Made by a program: the position numbers and the translations under genes | Part shown: positions 12,301-25,700 of the stretch, one piece after another | How positions within the stretch are numbered: the stretch's first letter is position 1 | Layout: every line of letters starts with the position of its first letter | Source of the DNA: Auanema rhodensis | Lineage: Eukaryota; Animalia; Nematoda | Reading direction: 5' to 3' | Assembly: GCA_964057225.1 (NCBI GenBank) | Contig: CAXKVF010000074.1 | Location: 744,001-808,000, forward strand | DNA: 64,000 nt | Notes under the pieces: model-generated | The model's database searches: none | The model's input: only the letters and a program-made list of their open reading frames with translations | What the model was told of the DNA's origin: nothing

Positions 12301-15300
12301 AGTTTAAAAACAAATTTTTATTGATATTGGTGCATGGTAACCATGACTTTGAAATTTACGTGAACTTTAATTTATGCTAATTAAATGTACACGTGATGTG
12401 CACTTGGTATGTAACTCGCTTCACGTGAAAGATAAAGAGATGCGGTTTTCAAAATTAGATTCCCCATGTCCATATTAGTCTAAAAACAAATTTTTATTGA
12501 TATTGGTGCATGGTAACCATGACTTTGAAATTTACGTGAACTTTAATTTATGCTAATTAAATGTACACGTGATGTGCACTTGGTATGTAACTCGCTTCAC
12601 GTGAAAGATAAAGAGATGCGGTTTTCAAAATCAGATTCCCCATGTCCATATTAGTCTAAAAACAAATTTTTATTGATATTGGTGCATGGTAACCATGACT
12701 TTGAAATTTACGTGAACTTTAATTTATGCTAATTAAATGTACACGTGATGTGCACTTGGTATGTAACTCGCTTCACGTGAAAGATAAAGAGATGCGGTTT
12801 TCAAAATTAGATTCCCCATGTCCATATTAGTTTAAAAACAAATTTTTATTGATATTGGTGCATGGTAACCATGACTTTGAAATTTACGTGAACTTTAATT
12901 TATGCTAATTAAATGTACACGTGATGTGCACTTGGTATGTAACTCGCTTCACGTGAAAGATAAAGAGATGCGGTTTTCAAAATTAGATTCCCCATGTCCA
13001 TATTAGTTTAAAAACAAATTTTTATTGATATTGGTTCATGGTAACCATGACTTTGAAATTTACGTGAACTTTAATTTATGCTAATTAAATGTACACGTGA
13101 TGTGCACTTGGTATGTAACTCGCTTCACGTGAAAGATAAAGAGATGCGGTTTTCAAAATTAGATTCCCCATGTCCATATTAGTTTAAAAACAAATTTTTA
13201 TTGATATTGGTGCATGGTAACCATGACTTTGAAATTTACGTGAACTTTAATTTATGCTAATTAAATGTACACGTGATGTGCACTTGTTATGTAACTCGCT
13301 TCACGTGAAAGATAAAGAGATGCGGTTTTCAAAATTAGATTCCCCATGTCCATATTAGTCTAAAAACAAATTTTTATTGATATTGGTTCATGGTAACCAT
13401 GACTTTGAAATTTACGTGAACTTTAATTTATGCTAATTAAATGTACACGTGATGTGCACTTGGTATGTAACTCGCTTCACGTGAAAGATAAAGAGATGCG
13501 GTTTTCAAAATTAGATTCCCCATGTCCATATTAGTTTAAAAACAAATTTTTATTGATATTGGTGCATGGTAACCATGACTTTGAAATTTACGTGAACTTT
13601 AATTTATGCTAATTAAATGTACACGTGATGTGCACTTGGTATGTAACTCGCTTCACGTGAAAGATAAAGAGATGCGGTTTTCAAAATTAGATTCCCCATG
13701 TCCATATTAGTTTAAAAACAAATTTTTATTGATATTGGTGCATGGTAACCATGACTTTGAAATTTACGTGAACTTTAATTTATGCTAATTAAATGTACAC
13801 GTGATGTGCACTTGGTATGTAACTCGCTTCACGTGAAAGATAAAGAGATGCGGTTTTCAAAATTAGATTCCCCATGTCCATATTAGTCTAAAAACAAATT
13901 TTAATTGATATTGGTTCATGGTAACCATGACTTTGAATTTTACGTGAACTTTAATTTATGCTAATTAAATGTACACGTGATGTGCACTTGATATGTAACT
14001 CGCTTCACGTGAAAGATAAAGAGATGCGGTTTTCAAAATTAGATTCCCCATGTCCATATTAGTTTAAAAACAAATTTTTATTGATATTGGTGCATGGTAA
14101 CCATGACTTTGAAATTTACGTGAACTTTAATTTATGCTAATTAAATGTACACGTGATGTGCACTTGGTATGTAACTCGCTTCACGTGAAAGATAAAGAGA
14201 TGCGGTTTTCAAAATTAGATTCCCCATGTCCATATTAGTTTAAAAACAAATTTTTATTGATATTGGTGCATGGTAACCATGACTTTGAAATTTACGTGAA
14301 CTTTAATTTATGCTAATTAAATGTACACGTGATGTGCACTTGGTATGTAACTCGCTTCACGTGAAAGATAAAAAGATGCGGTTTTCAAAATTAGATTCCC
14401 CATGTCCATATTAGTCTAAAAACAAATTTTTATTGATATTGGTGCATGGTAACCATGACTTTGAAATTTACGTGAACTTTAATTTATGCTAATTAAATGT
14501 ACACGTGATGTGTACTTGGTATGTAACTCGCTTCACGTGAAAGATGAAGAGATGCGGTTTTCAAAATTAGATTCCCCATGTCCATATTAGTCTAAAAACA
14601 AATTTTTATTGATATTGGTTCATGGTAACCATGACTTTGAAATTTACGTGAACTTTAATTTATGCTAATTAAATGTACACGTGATGTGCACTTGGTATAT
14701 AACTCGCTTCACGTGAAAGATAAAGAGATGCGGTTTTCAAAATTAGATTCCCCATGTCCATATTAGTTTAAAAACAAATTTTTATTGATATTGGTGCATG
14801 GTAACCATGACTTTGAAATTTACGTGAACTTTAATTTATGCTAATTAAATGTACACGTGATGTGCACTTGGTATGTAACTCGCTTCACGTGAAAGATAAA
14901 GAGATGCGGTTTTCAAAATTAGATTCCCCATGTCCATATTAGTTTAAAAACAAATTTTTATTGATATTGGTGCATGGTAACCATGACTTTGAAATTTACG
15001 TGAACTTTAATTTATGCTAATTAAATGTACACGTGATGTGCACTTGGTATGTAACTCGCTTCACGTGAAAGATAAAAAGATGCGGTTTTCAAAATTAGAT
15101 TCCCCATGTCCATATTAGTCTAAAAACAAATTTTTATTGATATTGGTGCATGGTAACCATGACTTTGAAATTTACGTGAACTTTAATTTATGCTAATTAA
15201 ATGTACACGTGATGTGTACTTGGTATGTAACTCGCTTCACGTGAAAGATGAAGAGATGCGGTTTTCAAAATTAGATTCCCCATGTCCATATTAGTCTAAA

Positions 15301-18300
15301 AACAAATTTTTATTGATATTGGTTCATGGTAACCATGACTTTGAAATTTACGTGAACTTTAATTTATGCTAATTAAATGTACACGTGATGTGCACTTGGT
15401 ATGTAACTCGCTTCACGTGAAAGATAAAGAGATGCGGTTTTCAAAATTAGATTCCCCATGTCCATATTAGTCTAAAAACAAATTTTTATTGATATTGGTT
15501 CATGGTAACCATGACTTTGAAATTTACGTGAACTTTAATTTATGCTAATTAAATGTACACGTGATGTGCACTTGGTATGTAACTCGCTTCACGTGAAAGA
15601 TAAAAAGATGCGGTTTTCAAAATTAGATTCCCCATGTCCATATTAGTCTAAAAACAAATTTTTATTGATATTGGTGCATGGTAACCATGACTTTGAAATT
15701 TACGTGAACTTTAATTTATGCTAATTAAATGTACACGTGATGTGCACTTAGTATGTAACTTGCTTCACGTGAAAGATAAAGAGATGCGGTTTTCAAAATT
15801 AGATTCCCCATGTCCATATTAGTCTAAAAACAAATTTTTATTGATATTGGTGCATGGTAACCATGACTTTGAAATTTACGTGAACTTTAATTTATGCTAA
15901 TTAAATGTACACGTGATGTGCACTTGGTATGTAACTCGCTTCACGTGAAAGATAAAGAGATGCGGTTTTCAAAATTAGATTCCCCATGTCCATATTAGTT
16001 TAAAAACAAATTTTTATTGATATTGGTGCATGGTAACCATGACTTTGAAATTTACGTGAACTTTAATTTATGCTAATTAAATGTACACGTGATGTGCACT
16101 TGGTATGTAACTCGCTTCACGTGAAAGATAAAGAGATGCGGTTTTCAAAATTAGATTCCCCATGTCCATATTAGTTTAAAAACAAATTTTTATTGATATT
16201 GGTGCATGGTAACCATGACTTTGAAATTTACGTGAACTTTAATTTATGCTAATTAAATGTACACGTGATGTGCACTTGGTATGTAACTCGCTTCACGTGA
16301 AAGATAAAAAGATGCGGTTTTCAAAATTAGATTCCCCATGTCCATATTAGTCTAAAAACAAATTTTTATTGATATTGGTGCATGGTAACCATGACTTTGA
16401 AATTTACGTGAACTTTAATTTATGCTAATTAAATGTACACGTGATGTGTACTTGGTATGTAACTCGCTTCACGTGAAAGATGAAGAGATGCGGTTTTCAA
16501 AATTAGATTCCCCATGTCCATATTAGTCTAAAAACAAATTTTTATTGATATTGGTTCATGGTAACCATGACTTTGAAATTTACGTGAACTTTAATTTATG
16601 CTAATTAAATGTACACGTGATGTGCACTTGGTATGTAACTCGCTTCACGTGAAAGATAAAGAGATGCGGTTTTCAAAATTAGATTCCCCATGTCCATATT
16701 AGTCTAAAAACAAATTTTTATTGATATTGGTTCATGGTAACCATGACTTTGAAATTTACGTGAACTTTAATTTATGCTAATTAAATGTACACGTGATGTG
16801 CACTTGGTATGTAACTCGCTTCACGTGAAAGATAAAGAGATGCGGTTTTCAAAATTAGATTCCCCATGTCCATATTAGTCTAAAAACAAATTTTTATTGA
16901 TATTGGTGCATGGTAACCATGACTTTGAAATTTACGTGAACTTTAATTTATGCTAATTAAATGTACACGTGATGTGCACTTAGTATGTAACTTGCTTCAC
17001 GTGAAAGATGAAGAGATGCGGTCTTCAAAATTAGATTCCCCATGTCCATATTAGTCTAAAAACAAATTTTTATTGATATTGGTGCATGGTAACCATGACT
17101 TTGAAATTTACGTGAACTTTAATTTATGCTAATTAAATGTACACGTGATGTGTACTTGGTATGTAACTCGCTTCACGTGAAAGATGAAGAGATGCGGTTT
17201 TCAAAATTAGATTCCCCATGTCCATATTAGTCTAAAAACAAATTTTTATTGATATTGGTTCATGGTAACCATGACTTTGAAATTTACGTGAACTTTAATT
17301 TATGCTAATTAAATGTACACGTGATGTGCACTTGGTATGTAACTCGCTTCACGTGAAAGATAAAGAGATGCGGTTTTCAAAATTAGATTCCCCATGTCCA
17401 TATTAGTCTAAAAACAAATTTTTATTGATATTGGTTCATGGTAACCATGACTTTGAAATTTACGTGAACTTTAATTTATGCTAATTAAATGTACACGTGA
17501 TGTGCACTTGGTATGTAACTCGCTTCACGTGAAAGATAAAGAGATGCGGTTTTCAAAATTAGATTCCCCATGTCCATATTAGTCTAAAAACAAATTTTTA
17601 TTGATATTGGTGCATGGTAACCATGACTTTGAAATTTACGTGAACTTTAATTTATGCTAATTAAATGTACACGTGATGTGCACTTAGTATGTAACTTGCT
17701 TCACGTGAAAGATGAAGAGATGCGGTTTTCAAAATTAGATTCCCCATGTCCATATTAGTCTAAAAACAAATTTTTATTGATTTTGGTGCATGGTAACCAT
17801 GACTTTGAAATTTACGTGAACTTTAATTTATGCTAATTAAATGTACACGTGATGTGCACTTGGTATGTAACTCGCTTCACGTGAAAGATAAAGAGATGCG
17901 GTTTTCAAAATTAGATTCCCCATGTCCATATTAGTCTAAAAACAAATTTTTATTGATATTGGTGCATGGTAACCATGACTTTGAAATTTACGTGAACTTT
18001 AATTTATGCTAATTAAATGTACACGTGATGTGCACTTGGTATGTAACTTGCTTCACGTGAAAGATGAAGAGATGCGGTTTTCAAAATTAGATTCCCCATG
18101 TCCATATTAGTCTAAAAACAAATTTTTATTGATTTTGGTGCATGGTAACCATGACTTTGAAATTTACGTGAACTTTAATTTATGCTAATTAAATGTACAC
18201 GTGATGTGCACTTGGTATGTAACTCGCTTCACGTGAAAGATAAAGAGATGCGGTTTTCAAAATTAGATTCCCCATGTCCATATTAGTCTAAAAACAAATT

Positions 18301-18480
18301 TTTATTGATATTGGTGCATGGTAACCATGACTTTGAAATTTACGTGAACTTTAATTTATGCTAATTAAATGTACACGTGATGTGCACTTGGTATGTAACT
18401 CGCTTCACGTGAAAGATAAAGAGATGCGGTTTTCAAAATTAGATTCCCCATGTCCATATTAGTCTAAAAACAAATTTTTA

Positions 18481-19712
18481 TTGATATTGGTTCATGGTAA
18501 CCATGACTTTGAAATTTACGTGAACTTTAATTTATGCTAATTAAATGTATACGTGGTGTGCACTTGGTATATAACTCGCTTCACGTGAAAGATAAAGAGA
18601 TGCGGTTTTCAAAATTAGATTCCCCATGTCCATATTAGTCTAAAAACAAATTTTTATTGATATTGGTTCATGGTAACCATGACTTTGAAATTTACGTGAA
18701 CTTTAATTTATGCTAATTAAATGTACACGTGATGTGCACTTGGTATGTAACTCGCTTCACGTGAAAGATAAAGAGATGCGGTTTTCAAAATTAGATTCCC
18801 CATGTCCATATTAGTCTAAAAACAAATTTTTATTGATATTGGTTCATGGTAACCATGACTTTGAAATTTACGTGAACTTTAATTTATGCTAATTAAATGT
18901 ACACGTGATGTGCACTTGGTATGTAACTCGCTTCACGTGAAAGATAAAGAGATGCGGTTTTCAAAATTAGATTCCCCATGTCCATATTAGTCTAAAAACA
19001 AATTTTTATTGATATTGGTTCATGGTAACCATGACTTTGAAATTTACGTGAACTTTAATTTATGCTAATTAAATGTACACGTGATGTGCACTTGGTATGT
19101 AACTCGCTTCACGTGAAAGATAAAGAGATGCGGTTTTTAAAATTAGATTCCCCATGTCCATATTAGTCTAAAAACAAATTTTCATTGATATTGGTTCATG
19201 GTAACCATGACTTTGAATTTTACGTGAACTTTAATTTATGCTAATTAAATGTACACGTGATGTGCACTTGGTATGTAACTCGCTTCACGTGAAAGATAAA
19301 GAGATGCGGTTTTCAAAATTAGATTCCCCATGTCCATATTAGTCTAAAAACAAATTTTTATTGATATTGGTTCATGGTAACCATGACTTTGAAATTTACG
19401 TAAACTTTAATTTATGCTAATTAAATGTACACGTGATGTGCACTTGGTATGTAACTCGCTTCACGTGAAAGATAAAGAGATGCGGTTTTCAAAATTAGAT
19501 TCCCCATGTCCATATTAGTCTAAAAACAAATTTTTATTGATATTGGTTCATGGTAACCATGACTTTGAATTTAACGTGAACTTTAATTTATGCTAATTAA
19601 ATGTACACGTGATGTGCACTTGGTATGTAACTCGCTTCACGTGAAAGATAAAGAGATGCGGTTTTCAAAATCAGATTCCCCATGTCCATATTAGTCTAAA
19701 AACAAATTTTTA
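18481..19712 (+). repeat. 7-monomer higher-order cassette (1232 bp), first of five copies; others at 22353-23584, 33441-34672, 36081-37312, 39777-41008
   Basis: Same ordered variants in each copy: C70T+A76G+G91A / plain / plain / C130T+T175C / A34T / G42A / A34T+T37A+T136C, all with T12. Confidence 0.9.
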
Positions 19713-22700
19713 TTGATATTGGTGCATGGTAACCATGACTTTGAAATTTACGTGAACTTTAATTTATGCTAATTAAATGTACACGTGATGTGCACTTGGT
19801 ATGTAACTCGCTTCACGTGAAAGATAAAGAGATGCGGTTTTCAAAATTAGATTCCCCATGTCCATATTAGTCTAAAAACAAATTTTTATTGATATTGGTG
19901 CATGGTAACCATGACTTTGAAATTTACGTGAACTTTAATTTATGCTAATTAAATGTACACGTGATGTGCACTTGGTATGTAACTCGCTTCACGTGAAAGA
20001 TATAGAGATGCGGTTTTCAAAATTAGATTCCCCATGTCCATATTAGTCTAAAAACAAATTTTTATTGATATTGGTGCATGGTAACCATGACTTTGAAATT
20101 TACGTGAACTTTAATTTATGCTAATTAAATGTACACGTGATGTGCACTTAGTATGTAACTTGCTTCACGTGAAAGATGAAGAGATGCGGTTTTCAAAATT
20201 AGATTCCCCATGTCCATATTAGTCTAAAAACAAATTTTTATTGATTTTGGTGCATGGTAACCATGACTTTGAAATTTACGTGAACTTTAATTTATGCTAA
20301 TTAAATGTACACGTGATGTGCACTTGGTATGTAACTCGCTTCACGTGAAAGATAAAGAGATGCGCTTTTCAAAATTAGATTCCCCATGTCCATATTAGTC
20401 TAAAAACAAATTTTCATTGATATTGGTGCATGGTAACCATGACTTTGAATTTTACGTGAACTTTAATTTATGCTAATTAAATGTACACGTGATGTGCACT
20501 TGGTATGTAACTCGCTTCACGTGAAAGATAAAGAGATGCGGTTTTCAAAATTAGATTCCCCATGTCCATATTAGTCTAAAAACAAATTTTTATTGATATT
20601 GGTTCATGGTAACCATGACTTTGAAATTTACGTGAACTTTAATTTATGCTAATTAAATGTACACGTGATGTGCACTTGGTATGTAACTCGCTTCACGTGA
20701 AAGATAAAGAGATGCGGTTCTCAAAATTAGATTCCCCATGTCCATATTAGTCTAAAAACAAATTTTTATTGATATTGGTTCATGGTAACCATGACTTTGA
20801 AATTTACGTGAACTTTAATTTATGCTAATTAAATGTACACGTGATGTGCACTTGGTATGTAACTCGCTTCACGTGAAAGATAAAGAGATGCGGTTTTCAA
20901 AATTAGATTCCCCATGTCCATATTAGTCTAAAAACAAATTTTTATTGATATTGGTTCATGGTAACCATGACTTTGAAATTTACGTAAACTTTAATTTATG
21001 CTAATTAAATGTACACGTGATGTGCACTTGGTATGTAACTCGCTTCACGTGAAAGATAAAGAGATGCGGTTTTCAAAATTAGATTCCCCATGTCCATATT
21101 AGTCTAAAAACAAATTTTTATTGATATTGGTTCATGGTAACCATGACTTTGAATTTTACGTGAACTTTAATTTATGCTAATTAAATGTACACGTGATGTG
21201 CACTTGGTATGTAACTCGCTTCACGTGAAAGATAAAGAGATGCGGTTTTCAAAATTAGATTCCCCATGTCCATATTAGTCTAAAAACAAATTTTTATTGA
21301 TATTGGTTCATGGTAACCATGACTTTGAAATTTACGTGAACTTTAATTTATGCTAATTAAATGTATACGTGGTGTGCACTTGGTATATAACTCGCTTCAC
21401 GTGAAAGATAAAGAGATGCGGTTTTCAAAATTAGATTCCCCATGTCCATATTAGTCTAAAAACAAATTTTTATTGATATTGGTTCATGGTAACCATGACT
21501 TTGAAATTTACGTGAACTTTAATTTATGCTAATTAAATGTACACGTGATGTGCACTTGGTATGTAACTCGCTTCACGTGAAAGATAAAGAGATGCGGTTT
21601 TCAAAATTAGATTCCCCATGTCCATATTAGTCTAAAAACAAATTTTTATTGATATTGGTTCATGGTAACCATGACTTTGAAATTTACGTGAACTTTAATT
21701 TATGCTAATTAAATGTACACGTGATGTGCACTTGGTATGTAACTCGCTTCACGTGAAAGATAAAGAGATGCGGTTCTCAAAATTAGATTCCCCATGTCCA
21801 TATTAGTCTAAAAACAAATTTTTATTGATATTGGTTCATGGTAACCATGACTTTGAAATTTACGTGAACTTTAATTTATGCTAATTAAATGTACACGTGA
21901 TGTGCACTTGGTATGTAACTCGCTTCACGTGAAAGATAAAGAGATGCGGTTTTCAAAATTAGATTCCCCATGTCCATATTAGTCTAAAAACAAATTTTTA
22001 TTGATATTGGTTCATGGTAACCATGACTTTGAAATTTACGTAAACTTTAATTTATGCTAATTAAATGTACACGTGATGTGCACTTGGTATGTAACTCGCT
22101 TCACGTGAAAGATAAAGAGATGCGGTTTTCAAAATTAGATTCCCCATGTCCATATTAGTCTAAAAACAAATTTTTATTGATATTGGTTCATGGTAACCAT
22201 GACTTTGAATTTTACGTGAACTTTAATTTATGCTAATTAAATGTACACGTGATGTGCACTTGGTATGTAACTCGCTTCACGTGAAAGATAAAGAGATGCG
22301 GTTTTCAAAATTAGATTCCCCATGTCCATATTAGTCTAAAAACAAATTTTTATTGATATTGGTTCATGGTAACCATGACTTTGAAATTTACGTGAACTTT
22401 AATTTATGCTAATTAAATGTATACGTGGTGTGCACTTGGTATATAACTCGCTTCACGTGAAAGATAAAGAGATGCGGTTTTCAAAATTAGATTCCCCATG
22501 TCCATATTAGTCTAAAAACAAATTTTTATTGATATTGGTTCATGGTAACCATGACTTTGAAATTTACGTGAACTTTAATTTATGCTAATTAAATGTACAC
22601 GTGATGTGCACTTGGTATGTAACTCGCTTCACGTGAAAGATAAAGAGATGCGGTTTTCAAAATTAGATTCCCCATGTCCATATTAGTCTAAAAACAAATT

Positions 22701-25700
22701 TTTATTGATATTGGTTCATGGTAACCATGACTTTGAAATTTACGTGAACTTTAATTTATGCTAATTAAATGTACACGTGATGTGCACTTGGTATGTAACT
22801 CGCTTCACGTGAAAGATAAAGAGATGCGGTTTTCAAAATTAGATTCCCCATGTCCATATTAGTCTAAAAACAAATTTTTATTGATATTGGTTCATGGTAA
22901 CCATGACTTTGAAATTTACGTGAACTTTAATTTATGCTAATTAAATGTACACGTGATGTGCACTTGGTATGTAACTCGCTTCACGTGAAAGATAAAGAGA
23001 TGCGGTTTTTAAAATTAGATTCCCCATGTCCATATTAGTCTAAAAACAAATTTTCATTGATATTGGTTCATGGTAACCATGACTTTGAATTTTACGTGAA
23101 CTTTAATTTATGCTAATTAAATGTACACGTGATGTGCACTTGGTATGTAACTCGCTTCACGTGAAAGATAAAGAGATGCGGTTTTCAAAATTAGATTCCC
23201 CATGTCCATATTAGTCTAAAAACAAATTTTTATTGATATTGGTTCATGGTAACCATGACTTTGAAATTTACGTAAACTTTAATTTATGCTAATTAAATGT
23301 ACACGTGATGTGCACTTGGTATGTAACTCGCTTCACGTGAAAGATAAAGAGATGCGGTTTTCAAAATTAGATTCCCCATGTCCATATTAGTCTAAAAACA
23401 AATTTTTATTGATATTGGTTCATGGTAACCATGACTTTGAATTTAACGTGAACTTTAATTTATGCTAATTAAATGTACACGTGATGTGCACTTGGTATGT
23501 AACTCGCTTCACGTGAAAGATAAAGAGATGCGGTTTTCAAAATCAGATTCCCCATGTCCATATTAGTCTAAAAACAAATTTTTATTGATATTGGTGCATG
23601 GTAACCATGACTTTGAAATTTACGTGAACTTTAATTTATGCTAATTAAATGTACACGTGATGTGCACTTGGTATGTAACTCGCTTCACGTGAAAGATAAA
23701 GAGATGCGGTTTTCAAAATTAGATTCCCCATGTCCATATTAGTCTAAAAACAAATTTTTATTGATATTGGTGCATGGTAACCATGACTTTGAAATTTACG
23801 TGAACTTTAATTTATGCTAATTAAATGTACACGTGATGTGCACTTGGTATGTAACTCGCTTCACGTGAAAGATAAAGAGATGCGGTTTTCAAAATTAGAT
23901 TCCCCATGTCCATATTAGTCTAAAAACAAATTTTTATTGATATTGGTTCATGGTAACCATGACTTTGAAATTTACGTGAACTTTAATTTATGCTAATTAA
24001 ATGTACACGTGATGTGCACTTGGTATGTAACTCGCTTCACGTGAAAGATAAAGAGATGCGGTTTTCAAAATTAGATTCCCCATGTCCATATTAGTCTAAA
24101 AACAAATTTTTATTGATATTGGTTCATGGTAACCATGACTTTGAAATTTACGTGAACTTTAATTTATGCTAATTAAATGTACACGTGATGTGCACTTGGT
24201 ATGTAACTCGCTTCACGTGAAAGATAAAGAGATGCGCTTTTCAAAATTAGATTCCCCATGTCCATATTAGTCTAAAAACAAATTTTCATTGATATTGGTG
24301 CATGGTAACCATGACTTTGAATTTTACGTGAACTTTAATTTATGCTAATTAAATGTACACGTGATGTGCACTTGGTATGTAACTCGCTTCACGTGAAAGA
24401 TAAAGAGATGCGGTTTTCAAAATTAGATTCCCCATGTCCATATTAGTCTAAAAACAAATTTTCATTGATATTGGTGCATGGTAACCATGACTTTGAATTT
24501 TACGTGAACTTTAATTTATGCTAATTAAATGTACACGTGATGTGCACTTGGTATGTAACTCGCTTCACGTGAAAGATAAAGAGATGCGGTTTTCAAAATT
24601 AGATTCCCCATGTCCATATTAGTCTAAAAACAAATTTTTATTGATATTGGTTCATGGTAACCATGACTTTGAATTTTACGTGAACTTTAATTTATGCTAA
24701 TTAAATGTACACGTGATGTGCACTTGGTATGTAACTCGCTTCACGTGAAAGATAAAGAGATGCGGTTTTCAAAATTAGATTCCCCATGTGCATATTAGTC
24801 TAAAAACAAATTTTTATTGATATTGGTTCATGGTAACCATGACTTTGAAATTTACGTAAACTTTAATTTATGCTAATTAAATGTACACGTGATGTGCACT
24901 TGGTATGTAACTCGCTTCACGTGAAAGATAAAGAGATGCGGTTTTCAAAATTAGATTCCCCATGTCCATATTAGTCTAAAAACAAATTTTTATTGATATT
25001 GGTTCATGGTAACCATGACTTTGAATTTTACGTGAACTTTAATTTATGCTAATTAAATGTACACGTGATGTGCACTTGGTATGTAACTCGCTTCACGTGA
25101 AAGATAAAGAGATGCGGTTTTCAAAATTAGATTCCCCATGTCCATATTAGTCTAAAAACAAATTTTTATTGATATTGGTTCATGGTAACCATGACTTTGA
25201 AATTTACGTGAACTTTAATTTATGCTAATTAAATGTACACGTGATGTGCACTTGGTATGTAACTCGCTTCACGTGAAAGATAAAGAGATGCGCTTTTCAA
25301 AATTAGATTCCCCATGTCCATATTAGTCTAAAAACAAATTTTCATTGATATTGGTGCATGGTAACCATGACTTTGAATTTTACGTGAACTTTAATTTATG
25401 CTAATTAAATGTACACGTGATGTGCACTTGGTATGTAACTCGCTTCACGTGAAAGATAAAGAGATGCGGTTTTCAAAATTAGATTCCCCATGTCCATATT
25501 AGTCTAAAAACAAATTTTTATTGATATTGGTTCATGGTAACCATGACTTTGAAATTTACGTGAACTTTAATTTATGCTAATTAAATGTACACGTGATGTG
25601 CACTTGGTATGTAACTCGCTTCACGTGAAAGATAAAGAGATGCGGTTTTCAAAATTAGATTCCCCATGTCCATATTAGTCTAAAAACAAATTTTTATTGA

